64,000 nt of DNA from Octopus vulgaris (taxonomy: Eukaryota), in contig OX597828.1 of assembly GCA_951406725.2 (NCBI GenBank), positions 66,774,001 to 66,838,000 of the forward strand, read 5' to 3'. The notes beneath the pieces were generated by a model. It was not told the DNA's origin and did no database searches. It worked only from the letters and a program-made list of their open reading frames with translations. The translations under genes were made by a program, and so were the position numbers. The number at the start of each line of letters is the position of its first letter. Position 1 is the stretch's first letter. Shown piece after piece: positions 1 through 13,851 of this stretch.

Positions 1-640
1 GAATATTTTGCACAATGAACTTAGCATGATGACGGCTTCTGCTTGATGGGTGCCATGTCTTCTGACACCGGATCAATTCATGGGAAAATCTGAGATTGAG
101 GCAGACCCAGCCAGTTTCTTTTAATGTTTCCTAACCCAAGATGAGTGATCAGTTCACAACTTAGAGCTAGAGACAATCCATGCAGTGGAAGCACCCCCTC
201 CTCACCTGCTCCAAATAAGACCAAAGTTATTTTACCTGCAGGGAAGGTGATGGCCTCAGTTTCTTGGGATGCAAAAAGTATTGTGTTTATTGACTATTTT
301 CAAAGGGGCCAACCCATCAACGGAGAGTATTATGCCAACTTACTGAGGCAGTTACAAAAGGCCATCAAGACCAAACACCCAAGAAAACTGACAAAAGGGA
401 GTCTTGTTTCACTAGGACAATTCTCCAGCACACAAGTCCTTGCTTTCAATGGCTTCTGTGCATGACTGTGACTTTGAACTGGTTGATCACCGTCCCTGTT
501 CCCCTGATTTGGTCCCATCTGACAATCATCTGTTCCCCAGCATGAAAAAACACTTGGCTGGGAACCAGCATCACCATGATGTTGACGTCATACCTGCTGT
601 TGATGACTCTTTCGACAAACAGGATGACAGCTTCTTTACC
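1..640 (+). mobile_element. Degenerate mariner (Tc1/mariner) transposase relic
   Basis: Frameshifted pieces WVPCLLT, AGKVMASVSWDAKSIVFIDY..INGEYYANLLRQL and FELVDHRPCSPDLVPSDNHLFPSMKKHLAG match the mariner WVPHxL and HPPYSPDLAPSD motifs. Confidence 0.85.
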
Positions 641-1272
641 AAGGGGGATCCAACCACAGAGTGTCCTGGGTGCTTTTATGTGACACTGGCACAGACATGA
701 GTATGGCTACTTTTACATGGTACCAGAATCCATGAGTCTGCAAGACTAGGAACTCTCTGCTGAGAGACGGGTGTAGAGGACACGCTTGCATGCATGGACA
801 CACATGATTTCATTTAGATTGGGGTGTCATGTACAGCAAACCATCAGAAGTCTCAGTCCCTTGACATCTCTCCTGTGAGGCTCAACTACTTCATCCCACA
901 TCTTCCTGGGCTTGCCCCTTCCATATTATAAAAATACCATTTCTACTGCAAGTGAGTTGTCAGCCCCAAAAATAATGATCAGAAATCACTAAATTAAGGC
1001 AAACCCTTTTGATATCAATCTGCTCAACAGAGTCCCTCATTCTATGATACAAATTTCATATTTTAAAACTTTCTATCAAAATTTCATGTAAATTTCTGTT
1101 CCAAGCACTAGTTTAATAAAGTTATTTTACTAAATTCATCAATATTTCTAAAATTAATTGAAACACAATGTATATCAACAGAAATATGGGAACAAGAGAA
1201 GGGTTAAAAAAGCAAAGAACAGCATTGGACAAAATACAGTAAAATGTTAAGAGAGAACAAGAAGTGCCTTAC

Positions 1273-1331
1273 TTTGTATGCATCGACCACTCTGAGGTAA
1301 AGTACACCATCAATTTGTAAGGTAACGTTAT
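1273..1331 (-). CDS. STOML2: Stomatin-like protein 2, coding exon 4 (gene continues beyond left edge)
   Basis: ttgcag|AT..AAA|gtaagg; (D)NVTLQIDGVLYLRVVDAYK, SPFH-domain motif; 59 nt, phase 1 to 0. Confidence 0.95.
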
Positions 1332-4105
1332 CTGCAAGGAGTAGAAAGTGTTTCATGGATTATTACAATGACTGAACATCACATGGAAGTTAAACTAAAC
1401 CAAGTAACATCTCATCTCTATTATTTATCATATAAAAACAATGGTGTGGGGGCTGGTGCTACATGAAAAGCACCCAGTACACTCTGTAAAGTGGTTGGCG
1501 TTAGGAAGGGCATCCAGCTGTAGAAACCAGGCCCGAAAGACACGGAGCCTGGCCAGCTTCTGTCAAATTGTCCAACCCATTCCAGCATGGAAAACGGACA
1601 TTAAATAGTGATGATGATAGTAAAATCATGACCATCCATACATACAGGCATGTCTCTCTGTTAGCTGAGAGGCCCTTGTCTTATGGGCTTGAAAATGCTG
1701 GTGCCACATAAAAAGCACCTGTTTCAGTATCAGATAAGAAGCACCTGTCTCAGTGCAGCATAAAAAGCCCCTAGTGCACTCGTGTAGAGTGGCTGTAGAA
1801 ACCAGGCCAGAACAGATCATGGAACCTGGTGTGGCCTCTGGCCTTGCCAGTTAAGCCATCCATCCGATGCTAATATAGAAAACAGATGCTAAAGGTTGAT
1901 GACGGCAGTAATTAATTATAGGAGGAATGGCCTGCCTGTGTGATTTAGGAGTTTGCTTCACAACCAAAGCATCCAAAATGTACAGCATTTTGGGCAAGTG
2001 TATTCTACTGAGGCTTTGCGAGTGAAGTTTGCTAAATAGAAGCTGTGAGATAGTTGGTCATCATGTTAACCAACCACATAGCGTTCAAACTACTCTGTCA
2101 AATGTAATGCTTATTTATTCACATTGATTGGAATTATTCATGCATTATCTCACAGCTTTGAGGTTTCAATATGATTTATTCTTTAGAATGTCATTGCAGG
2201 GTAAGTGCGAAAGGCTGAACTTGGCTGTTTGAACATAAAACAAGTACATCTTCCCTCCACTTTGAGTAATTAATGTAAGTGTGTGTGTGTGTATTCAAAT
2301 TCAGTCATAAGCATTCTTCTCTAATATGAAAATCAGATTGTAGTACAGCATATTAAAACTTGTTAAAGTGTTATTAATATAGTTGTACTGCAGCAGAATA
2401 ATAGATTATGTCTTTGGTTTCTTCCCATCATTAAGATTGGTTAAATTCCACTGCCAAAGTAACAGTGGAATCTCCACAAGTGCTGCTAATAGCAATTAAT
2501 TAACTCTTCTGTTCTATGAATACCTTTCTACAGCAATGAACACATCTGTTCTTTGAGTAGCTATCTGAGAGTTAAGTGTCTTTGGTCAAGCTGACCTCTC
2601 AGAGAGTTGTCTTGTTACAAGCTGTTGACATTGGTCACCCTCAGTACCGGTAATAACAAGAGTTATTAATTAACTTCTCAACAGTAGGGAATCTCTCTCT
2701 CACTCTATATATATATATATACCTTACTGATATAATTCTCTGCTTCCACCATTTTTCCAGTCTTTCCAGGCCTGTCTCTTTGCTTTTATAGTGCTGTCCA
2801 TCTTATTCTACCAGCATATCACCCACATCTAACAACAAACTTTCCACACATCCTACCTCAAGAAACCAAACTACATCTCCTCTTTTAAACTGCATCTTTT
2901 TCTTCCTCACATTTCCTCTTCTTACACTAACCTTTCGTTATCTGACACAAGATCTCCTCCTCTCAAAATTCCTTGTCTTGCAAGCTACTTGGTAACCCTG
3001 CTAGTGTTGGTGCCACATAAAAAGCACTCAGTCCACTCAATGGGGTGGTTGGTGTTAGGAAGAGCATCCAGCCATAAAAATCCTGCTAAAACAAACATGG
3101 TAGCCTGGGGTGGTCTTTTGCCTGGCTGGCTCCTGTCAAACTGTCCAACTCATGCTTGCAAGGAAGGCAAATGTTAAACGATGATGATGAGGACATTACT
3201 GTATACAATGCTGTATGTAGATAGGAGTGGACCGTAGAGAAGTGTTTTGCTTATAGCCGCAGTACCCTACCAAACGAGGCATGACTTCATTATAGATAAA
3301 TGATGAATAATTTCATATAAGATGAATAGTGTCTGGTTGCAGATGCTGTTTATGGACTCCTTCGGGAAAATAGTAAAAAAAATGTGAATGAGGATAGGGA
3401 GTTTTATGATGCAAATGTTTTGATGATCTGCAACACTGACTTCAAGAAACCAGCATAAATGAGGTATTGCCAAGCCTTCCCCTACAACTCATCTTCTAAC
3501 AACCATCCTTCCATCAAACTTCTAACTGTGGAACCATACACTCAGGTGCTGTCAAAATGATACCCCTTATTTCCCTGACATTTCACTTTGTATTCCTACT
3601 ACTATCCCTTATCCTTTCCTCCTCCTTAACCCTCTACCATTTCTTTCATTGCATCCAACTTAATCCCCATTTCTAACCATCTGCCATACTCTTTTCCCTC
3701 TAGTGCACTTACCCACCTTTTCCAATCTTCTATCCTTATTTTCACTCTCTCACAAAAAATTCACTTTGAGGTGGGGTATGCCCTCGCCATCTCTCTCTCT
3801 TTCCAGCTGGGAAGCCATGTAGTGAACTCTTCAATAAGAGACTTGTACTCCTATCACACTTTCACATCCTTCAACACTATACCCCACTTGGTGACCCCAT
3901 AAATGCTGGTGCCACAAAACCACCCAATACATTTTTGTGAAGTGGTTGGCATTAGGAAGGCCAAAGCAGATGCTGAAGCTTGGTGCAACCTTGTGGTTTG
4001 TTGAATCCTACTGAACTGTCCAACCCATGCCAGCATGGAAAAAGGGATGTTAAATGATGATGACAGGGAATTTAAAGGAAAAGAAAAAAGAATAGAAGAA
4101 CTTAC

Positions 4106-4205
4106 CAATAGAAATAGCACTTTGTTGGGGAATATCAATGGCAATTTCTTTCAAACTTTGGACGTATTTAATGGTATCAATAACAGGAAAAACCAAGTTA
4201 AGGCC
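4106..4205 (-). CDS. STOML2: Stomatin-like protein 2, coding exon 3
   Basis: ttctag|GGC..ATT G|gtaagt; GLNLVFPVIDTIKYVQSLKEIAIDIPQQSAISI; 100 nt, phase 0 to 1. Confidence 0.95.
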
Positions 4206-4690
4206 CTAGAAAAGAAAATAACATTTTATAAGTTGAATAGTTTTTTGTTCAATTCTAAGTTTATGGCACAAAAAAAAAAAAAAAATGAAAATTTTAAACA
4301 CTTGGAAATGGCCAACAACTGTAAATACTAGAGTTGTTTTTATTCTTAATCATAAAAAATTTACTAAATCTTGTTAGAATTTCAAGGCCAGAACTCTACC
4401 ACAGATCTCATGGCAATAAATCATGAGAACCTACAATATTTAGAAACAAACTAGTCAACCCTGGAGGAGCATAGGATAAAATTTGAATACCCGTGAGTTG
4501 AGAAAGTGATGAGGCATCAAATATTGTGTATATATAAGAGAAATTGCTGTACTGATACAATTATCCTGAATGAACAATGCATGCTGAGTGACCAAAGCCC
4601 TGTGAATAGAATTTAGTTGAAGGTGTCTGTGTTAGAAACAGACCAAGGAAGATTTGAAGAAGATACATTTAGGTCAGATGTGGGCTTAAT

Positions 4691-5397
4691 CCTTTTGTTA
4701 CCAAATTCCTGTTAAAATACACTGCCTTTCATCATCGTTTAACGTCCGCTTTCCATGCTAGCATGGGTTGGACGAATGACCGAGGGCTGGCGAACCAGAT
4801 GGCTGCACCAGGCTTCAATCTTGATCTGGCAGAGTTTCTACAGCTGGATGACCTTCCTAATGCCAACCACTCTGAGAGTGTAGTGGGTGCTTTTACATGC
4901 TACCAGCACGGGGACCAGTCAGATGGTACTGGCAATGACCTTGCTCGAATCTTTTACACATGCCACTGGCGCGGGTGCCAATAAGGCGATGCTGGTAACG
5001 ATTACACTCGAATGGTGTTTTTTACGTGCCACCGGCACAGAGGCCAGATAGCTGCTCTGGCAACGATCAGGCTTGGATGGTGCTCTTAATACCCTACTAG
5101 CATGGGGTTCGAGTGCCAGTAGTGCGACGCTGGTAACGATCACGCATAATGGTGCCTTTTAAGTGCCACTGGCACTCTTTTGGCTTGCCGGGTCTTCTCA
5201 CGCACGGCCTTTGTTTTAATTAATTTTGGAAATAATGAAGAATCTAATAAAGTAACTTTTATAATTAAACTGGAGTTTGGAACATTAATTAATACGAAAT
5301 TTTTATGGAAGGTTTCAATTAAAATTCACTTTAAAATAGGAAGCATGTATCATAATAAATCCATATGCAATCTTGAACAATTTGGCATCAAAAAGGG
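4691..5397. mobile_element. piggyBac-like MITE interrupted by an RTE-3'-end repeat (4729-5207)
   Basis: ttaa-TCCTTTTGTTACCAAA...TTTGGCATCAAAAGGG-ataa ends; the insertion splits the element with a duplicated GCCTTT. Related copies near 1000-1207, 7544-7876 and 61919-62139. Confidence 0.6.
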
Positions 5398-5814
5398 ATA
5401 ATACATAGGTTAAAGATGCATGGAGAGGAGCTGTAATGGAGATATGTCCAACCGATATCAGTACTAACAGAGATCACATTCTAATATCCTGCCATTGAAA
5501 TGTGTGATATCAAGTTTTTCTCTTTCAAGTTACTTAACCTTATGGCTGGTTAACCAAATTAAAAACAAGCCGTTAGCTGATTACATTTTGACCTAAGAAA
5601 GAAATCTAATCCACTTAACTCCAGTTTTTCTCTCTTTAGATATTTAATTGTCAAGAGCATTCAAGCTTCATTAGCAGCTAATTGTTGAAGAAGCCAATAA
5701 CTGTTAGCAGATTAGTGGCTATTTGTAACTGGATAATCCAATCTGAATAAATCTCTTCACTGCAAAATCAAATAAATAGATTGTAAACTATATCAAGACT
5801 AACAAAATATTTAC

Positions 5815-5980
5815 ACAATGGGCTTCTTTCAGTTTCCATCTACCAAATCTACCCATTAGGCTTTGATCAGTGCAAGGCTATAATAGAAAAAAAACACTTG
5901 CCCGAGGTGTCACGCACTGGGACTGAACCCAGAACCATGTGGTTGGGAAGCAAGCTTCTTACCACACAGCTGCACTTGCA
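5815..5980 (-). mobile_element. tRNA-derived CORE-like SINE
   Basis: Reverse complement has a GGCTGTGTGGTAAG..GGTTCAGTCCC tRNA-like head, a GGGCAAGTGT core and GGTAGATGGAAACTGAAAGAAGCCC. Other copies at about 12915-13080 (+), 15500-15655 (-) and 30517-30620 (+). Confidence 0.65.
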
Positions 5981-6642
5981 CCAGACTACAGCTATAGAAC
6001 ACATCAGCCTACAGTTCATGCAGTGGGATTGAACCCTGAACCACATGGTTCAAAGTAAGCTTCTTAACCACACAGCCATACTGTTTCAATCTACTTAATT
6101 AGAAATAATTACTCCAATTACTTCACAGTTGTATAGCTGGCATCAGGTATGTGAAGTTAACAAGCACAAGGACAATGGATTAGAAGAACCATTATTAGTA
6201 TGACGAACAAAATACCTGTGGTGTTTAGCAATGTTTTGAGTCCATGTCTCACTCAGGTGAACTTCACCGTTCATCTTCACGGTTGACAGAATAAACAGAC
6301 TACACACCACCCCTGCTTCCAAATGTGAGAAACTGATACAAGAAAGTGAATGCAATAGAGAAAATAACCTAGTATATAGACAGTCCTATGTATGATGACG
6401 CATATACTCCAATTTTCCCACATATCTGGCCAAGACCAATACTACCTGAAGTTTATTTCATAAAAAGGTTCACCACTTGCTACATTTAACATGTATTTCA
6501 AGCAGGTACGATTTCCTTGCTGCTAGTTGTATACTCTGGGAGTATTAGACAAAAACAAGGCGTAAAACCCTCCTTGAGATATTGAAAAAAAAAAACAAAA
6601 GTTAAAAATAGTAAACCAAACAAAAATAAATAGAGTACACAC

Positions 6643-6783
6643 TGGTTCTAAGATTTTATGGTATTTGCCGAATCTTTCGATAATCCATGCTTCTTGTTGT
6701 GGGACAAATAATAACATTGTGTTCATTGGTAATCTCGATCGATGCCGTACATGTTGTTGGGCTCCGCTGACCATGTTCAGAAC
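6643..6783 (-). CDS. STOML2: Stomatin-like protein 2, coding exon 2
   Basis: tttcag|GTT..CCA|gtgtgt; VLNMVSGAQQHVRHRSRLPMNTMLLFVPQQEAWIIERFGKYHKILEP, with the STOML2 FVPQQEAW signature; 141 nt, phase 0 to 0. Confidence 0.95.
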
Positions 6784-8227
6784 CTGAAAATGCAAACAAG
6801 AGACAATAATTAAATTTGTGACATTCTCAAATCGAAAACAAACCAAATTTAACTCTTGATATCAATCCATCTGAGACCACCCATCACCACCACCACCAAC
6901 TGAAAATCTCTTGTTAAAGTACTATTACTGTTGTAATTTGAGTAGTATTGAGGCTAACGTTTCATTGCAGTTTGTGTCCAAATCACTGGCTTAATATACA
7001 AATACAGGTTATTTAGGTAGCATTAGATCAAATACAAAAGTATGTCACTGGTCCAAGCAGTTTCAGAAAAGCTGTCACATAAATAATTTCAACTTCTGTA
7101 AATGTTGAAGTAAATTTAGATTACGAATGACATTGAAATCAATTTAAAATCAAAAGTATTCATCATCATTTAACGTCTGCTTTCCATGCTAGCATGGGTT
7201 GGACGATTTGACTGAGGACTGGCGAACCAGACTCCAATCTTGATCTGGCAGAGTTTCTATAGCAGGATGCCCTTCTTAATGCCAACCACTCCGAGAGTGT
7301 AGTGGGTGCTTTTACATGCCACTGGCACGAGGGCCAGTATGGTGGAACTGGCAACGGCCACACCCAAATAGTGCTTTTTATGTGCCACCTGCACAGGAGC
7401 CAGTCCAGTGGCACTGGTGATGACCTTGCTTGAATGTTTCACATGCCATCAGCACAAATGCTAGTAAGGCAATGCGGTAATTGCTAGTAAGGTGACGCAT
7501 GCTATGTAATTGATTAAATTTTGTCAAGGCTCTCCAATAAGTTTAACCCTTTCATGTCAGATTTGTAATGAAATCTACTGTTTGTATTTAAACGAACTTT
7601 GAAGATAAAGGATTTAGCAAAATAACTTTTCTAATTAATTTAGTTTCTGATATATAAGAAAAGATTCTAACATAAAATTATAATGGAAAGATTTAAATTA
7701 AAATGGACAGTTCTCTATCAAAGAACAGTGGAAAATTGGGTTCAAATTGTAAGACTTTTGTTGACTTCTGAGTCTTTTAAAGTCAACTTTCAATCTATGT
7801 ATCACATTGTTGAAAATAACAATGGAATTATATTGTAATAAGTTTTTAAAGCAGATCTCAGAGAAAAAGAGGTTAAGCAGAACCCATGCCTACCTGATCT
7901 CAACAACGATAATGAGCAGCCAAATATAAAACACTTTTATACCTGTGTGTTGCTGTTTAACATCAGATCAACCCTGATCAGGTAGATCTGTATCTTTTCG
8001 GAGGTATCTTGAACTACATAATCCAATATAGGATGTGATTTGAAGATTTGGCTGCTATTACTTATAGATTGAGCTACCATGTAGAGACTCCCTTGTTGAC
8101 TCAAATATATGTTTAGTAACTGTGCATCAAAATTAAATTGTAAATACTTCTTATAGATTTCATGGCTTTAAATAAAATATGAGAATTCTTCCAGCATAGG
8201 GTGACAGTTTAATCACAAATAACAGTA

Positions 8228-8460
8228 TCTATTTCTTTACTACCCCACAAGGGGCTAAACACAGAGAGGACAAACAAGGACAGACAAATGGATTAGTCCA
8301 TTATATTGACCCCAGTGCATAACTGGTACTTATTTAATCAACCCCGAAAGGATGAAAAGCAAAGTCGACCTTGGCGGAATTTGAACTCAGAACGTAGCGG
8401 TAGACGAAATACCGCAAAGCATTTCGCCCGGCGTGCTAACGTTTCTGCAAGCTTGCCACC
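8228..8460 (-). mobile_element. tRNA-derived SINE with Nin/Deu-like domain
   Basis: Family consensus GAGCTGGCAGAA..GAGTTCAAATTCC (A/B-box-like) followed by GCCTTTCATCCTTTCGGGGTCGATAAA..AGTACCAG. Other copies at about 9493-9692, 11697-11910, 20143-20402, 46393-46593, 49642-49850 and 60669-60980. Confidence 0.7.
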
Positions 8461-9829
8461 AAATAACATTATCAAAATAGCTGTATTTGCTAACATATAA
8501 GAGAGATACCTGTTTTAACAAGTATATTTTATGGAAAAAAAAATTAATATATATTCACTGAAAGATATTTTAAAGTGGCTTTGTAGTAAGGAATGAATGA
8601 TTTTATGTATGTAAATACAATTCTGTGACAGTATACTGGAATGGTTATCTTCTTTCAGTTCAGCTGAATAGTTGTTTATATTTTGGTCAAGAGAATTTCT
8701 ATACAAGATGTAAAACTTGTATTTCTGGCTATGATGCTTTGTGTTACTGCAATCAGCTGCCAGAAAGGTGCACCACTGCCATGGTTTTGTTGCCATTGCG
8801 AAATGGCTGATAAGCAGAGGAAAATTTACCAATTCTTTCACCTTTTTAGGAGAAATTTCATTTAGATAATTAAAAAATATTTCTTGAAGGTAACACAGTC
8901 ATTAAATAATATAAGACGCATGTGTGGGTAATGTATGCCCAGGGAAGAAGGTATAGATGGGGTGATGTGACCTTTCCACATAGCTGCCAAAATACTATAA
9001 GCAATTTTTTTGTACTAACAGGCTGTGATATCTTGGCTGGCTTTCAATATTCTATTATCAGTAATAGTTATTGTATCTAGTGGAGTTATGCTTGTCTGGT
9101 TCTCAAACCTGCAATACTCGGTCATTAGTCTGTAATACAGTGACATTAAAAACAGGGCAGATTTTTACAACATGGGGAAGTAAAAACAAAAAAACCCTTG
9201 CATTATTCACACATTGGCAAATACAGTATTTGACTGTTAAGAGGACTGAGGCAATGTAGAATTAAGAGTTCTGTTAATGGATAATGGTATGCTTGCATTT
9301 GGTATTTGTGAGAAGAAATAAGTGGAGAAGGCAGGGGAGAAGAGGTGTTTTGAAAATGTGAACCTGGCAGAGGGAGGGAGCAGTGATTCTAGTTGACAGC
9401 AGTATGAATTAAAGATATGAAGGCAGGAGAAGTTCCTGGTTCATAAGGAATTACTGCTTAGATAGCAGGGGATGGTATCATACCCAACAACGAGTGAGCT
9501 GGCAGAAACGGTAGCATGCCAGGCGAAATGCTTAGTGGTATTTCGTCTGCAGTTATGTTCTGAGTTCAAATTCCGCCGAGGTCGACTTTGCCTTTCATCC
9601 TTTCGGGGTCAATATAATTGACTTAATCCCTTTGTCTGTCCTTGTCTATCCCTTCTGTGTTTAGCCCCTTGTGGATAGTAAAGAAATAGGTATCATACCC
9701 AACAACTGATGTAACAGTATTATAGTCAGTTGTTACAAGGGTAAAGGAGATGCCTTAAATAGGAGTAATGAGAGAAGTATCAAATTAGGGGACCAGGTTA
9801 TGTAAGTTACTAAAAGAGAAGCTCAATTA

Positions 9830-10920
9830 ATTTATGAAGAGAATTAGCCTAGATGAGACTGTGTGGTTTCATGTCGGGGAGAAGTACTACCGAGGCCCTG
9901 TTTCTAGTAAGACAAATGTAGGTAAAGTATTTAGCCTAAAGTAAACTGCTGCTGCACTTGGCTGTTACTGGCCTGGAGAAAGCTCTCGACACTGCCCCTA
10001 GGGTCCTTGCTCCCTGATCTGGTAGTTGCTGCAAAAGCTAGTAGGTGAATGGTAAACGAGAACTGTCCAAATCATGTACAGGGGTGCTGTCAGTAAGTTA
10101 GCAATGAGTACAGCAACGAATTTAGTGTGCAGGTAGTTCTCCAGGGCTTGTCTCTCAGTACTCTCCTACTTATCAAAGCCCTCCAGACCATAACAGAAGA
10201 GTTTAAGTAGAATTCTAAAAAAAAATTCCAGGTGTGGATGCAAAACCTAGAATTAAATTAGCAAAAACCAATGGATTTTGTAAGCAGAAAAATAGACAGC
10301 ACTCTAATCCCTACGGGAAAATGGCTGTTCCTGATATGCAGAAGAGGTGTAGGTAGAAATTTCAGTGAACTCAGTGCAAACTATGAACACACAGGAGATG
10401 CAGTGGAATCAGAAAAAGGGTGGGGGGGCTCCTTGAAAACCCAGAAGAATCTCATGGATCTTAGAGTTAGTACATAGTTTGTTACCTAGGTAACCTATTT
10501 AGCAGCAGAGGACAGTAAAGTTGCTAGAGTACAAACTATCTGGGGAAATTTAGAGAACTATCATCTTTTTTGGCAGCAAAAGGTCTCTCTTCTGGAGTGA
10601 AAAAAAAAAATTGTATGATGCATGGGTACAAACAATAATGCTACATGGAAGTGAAACATGGGCTGTAGATGCAGTGGACATGTGAAGACTGGAAAGGAAT
10701 GAAGCAAGTTTTGCTGGATGTGCAATGTCAGAGTGTATGTATGACAAAGCAAGTGTATTAAGAGAAAAACTGAGAGTAAGAGGCATCAGGTGTGGTATGC
10801 AGAAGAGAATACTGCACTGGTATGATCATGAGATGCATATAGGTGAGAACAGGTGTATAAAGAAGTGTCAATTGCTAAATGTGGATGGAGCTGGTGGGAA
10901 AGAGATAGCCAGGAAGATGC
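9830..10920 (+). mobile_element. Degenerate RTE-clade LINE, RT and C-terminal region
   Basis: Broken frames give GFMSGRSTTEALFLVRQM, GLEKALD, MLHGSETWAV..RLERNE and LREKLRVRGIRCGMQKRILHWY. Confidence 0.8.
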
Positions 10921-12529
10921 AGGTCATCATTATCATTGTTTAACATCCGCTTTCCATGCTAGCATGGGTTGGACGGTTCGACTGGGGTCTGGGAAGCCAG
11001 GAGGCTGCACCAGGCCCAGTCTGATCTGGCAGTGTTTCTACAGCTGGATGCCCTTCCTAACGCCAACCACTCCATGAGTGTAGTGGATGCTTTTTATGTG
11101 CCACTGGCACAGGGGTGAGGCGAGGCTGGCAACGGCTACGATTGGTTGGTGCTTTTTATGTGCCACCAGCACGGAGGCCAGTCGAGGCAGCGCTGGCAAC
11201 GGCCACCTTCGGATGGTTCTTTTATGTGCCACCGGCACTGGTATCACAACTACAATTCCCATTGATTTTTTGATCTATTTCGATTTCACTTGCCTCAACA
11301 GGTCTTCGCAAGACCTGTTGAAGTCAAAGTAGTAAAAACTGACATAAGGTTGTCAAGCCTCTTGGAAAAGATGAAAATGGATCTGAGGCAGCCGGTGATT
11401 TGCCATGCTCCCGATGACCTGTTCAACTCAGCAAAAAACTAATGTCTATTCCTTAACACCCAATATGTACCCATCAAGCCTGCCCTAAACTTATCTTCAT
11501 CCTACCTTCACTCAAACTACACTGCTATTTCTTCAGCCGTTGTAATTACAAGAACAGAACTGTACATTTTCCATCCCTACCTTTGGCTACCAGTTATTCC
11601 TCCATTTGGAACTACTTCCCTCATCACTCATCACACGTTTTTGACATCATCCCTTACTACCTTATTTTACCATTGAATGCCTCTTTCACGTGAATACCTG
11701 TTTCTTTACTACCCACAAGGGGCTAAACACAGAGGACAAACGGATTAAGTCAATTATATCGCCCTCAGTGCGTAACTGGTACTTAATTTATCGACCCTGA
11801 AAGGATGAAAGGCAAAGTCGACCTCGGTGAAATTTGAACTCAGAACGTTAACTGCAGACGAAATACCACTAAGCATTTCGCCTGGCATGCTAACGTTTCT
11901 GCCAGCTTGCCCCCTTTTTCACCTGAATACCTGCTCATGTTTACCATCAACACCCCCTCCATTTCTCACTGGGGTAGCCATGTGTCTCCTCTATGGCAAA
12001 GTACCTGTTCATGTCCCTCTATCATAGTCAACATCTGGTACAAAGTCACCTTCCTTGATGCTGCAACCCACATACTGCCAAGGTGCCTTGTTTTGAATTA
12101 TTTGGCAACCACATTTGTGCTAAGAAGTATTTGGTACATTGTGTAAAATGGTTGGCATTAAGAATGGCATCCAACTGTAGAAACCATACCAAAACGGAGT
12201 TCAATGCACTCCCCTGGCTTGTCAGATCTTGTTGAAGCATCCGACCTATGCCACAACGGAATGTGGATGTTAAATGATGATGATCACTCATTTCGTTTCC
12301 ACAATAAGTGAGGTGAATAAACACGAAAATATGAATCGTATCTTGGAAGAGTGAAAAGAGAATTCATGGATATTAAATACTGTGAAACATAATAACCATT
12401 CAAAACAATCCAAGGTGTTATGTGAAATGAGATTTTGTAAAAGTAATATGTTATTGGTCTAAGGTACATTATTTAGCCCCAATCTAACCAAACGATTGAA
12501 GCTGTTTCAAGGAAACATTCAACAACTTT

Positions 12530-12712
12530 TCATTTTTGGATTTGGTTTGCAAGATTCTTTATATGAGTTCGTGTGTTGAAGCATATTCTATTGTGTCTGG
12601 GGAGAGTCATTTTCTTTTTGTGCCTTATTATGTAACACACTCACCGGTAAAATTTCCACTTATTTCTTATTTTTATTGTCCTAAAATTTTCGCTGTATCT
12701 TGCAACCTTTTC
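12530..12712 (-). repeat. Penelope-like repeat end with truncated hammerhead-like motif
   Basis: Near-identical to 41787-42055; minus strand reads GAAAA-G-GTTGC-AAGAT-ACAGC-GAAA-ATTT-TAGGAC. Confidence 0.5.
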
Positions 12713-13383
12713 TTGTTCCATGACAGATATATTTTTTCTGTCTCCTGGAATACACATTACTAGCACTATGACATTTTGCCATTTATATAGAGAGAGATTA
12801 CATTGGATCCAGTGAAACTCATTGAAAATAATATTACTCTCACATCATATATTATATGATGGTAAACCCCAGCTGTCAGAAGAAACTATTATCATAATAG
12901 TTGACAATATACTAGGCTTGACTGAGTAGTAAGAAACTTTCTTTCCAACTACATGGTTCTGAATTCAATTCCACTGCATGGCACCTTGTGCAAGTGTCTT
13001 CTATTTTAGCCTTGAATGGACCAAACGCCTTATCAGTAGATTTTGTAGACAGAAACTGAAAGAAGCCCATAATATATGTGTGTGTGTGTTTGTCCCTCAC
13101 TGCTTGACAACTGGTGTTGGTGTGTTTATATCCCTGTAACTAAAGGGACACAAAGGAGACAGATGGAATAAAACCTAGTACTTTAAAAATAGCAGTACTG
13201 GGGTAAATTCATTTGATTAAAATTCAAGGCAGTGCCCCAGCATGGCAGCATTCTAATGACTGAAACAAGTGAAAGATAAATCCAAAGAGGGCCCCATCAT
13301 GAAGAGCCAATTAAAGCTTCACCTAACATTATACAGGACTTACACACACACAAAATTATACTGAATGCAAGATATATCTAACT

Positions 13384-13851
13384 CAAACTCGACTGGCTTC
13401 CGTGCCGGTGGCACGTAAAATACACCAATCCGACCGTACGACAGGCACCCATGCCAACCCCCTTTGCTTGCGAAGACATGTTGGGGCAAGCGAAATCGAA
13501 ATCGAATTGAACCAGCCAGGATCCCTGGTCTGGTGGTACGTAAAAAGCACTATCCGACTCGTGGCCGATGCCAGCGCCGCCTCGACTGGCTTCCGTGCCG
13601 GTGGCACATAAAAAACACCAATCCGACCGTGGCCGTTGCCAGCCTCGCCTGGCACCTGTGCAGGTGGCACGTAAAAAGCATCCACTACACTCACGGAGTG
13701 GTTGGCGTTAGGAAGGGCATCCAGCTGTAGAAACATTGCCAGATAAGACTGGAGCCTTGTGCAGCCTTCTGGCTTCCCAGATCCCCGGTCGAACCGTCCA
13801 ACCCATGCTAGCATGGAAAGCAGACGTTAAACGAAGATGATGATGATGATG
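13384..13851 (+). mobile_element. RTE LINE 3'-UTR-derived repeat (most abundant family, over 20 copies in both orientations)
   Basis: ~60-bp GTGCCGGTGGCACGTAAAAAGCAC subrepeats, then GGCGTTAGGAAGGGCATCCAGCTGTAGAAAC and CCAACCCATGCTAGCATGGAAAGCGGACGTTAAA(ATG)n. Other copies at about 1450, 3000, 3900, 4730, 7160, 10926, 26090, 31525, 32660, 34232, 35295, 37810, 40810, 43830, 45115, 50100, 51490, 54121 and 59170. Confidence 0.75.

Noticed and set aside
13384-13700. CRISPR-like array of GTGCCGGTGGCAC repeats
   Set aside because: The spacers are related to each other, the context is eukaryotic, there are no cas genes, and the units belong to a dispersed retroelement UTR.
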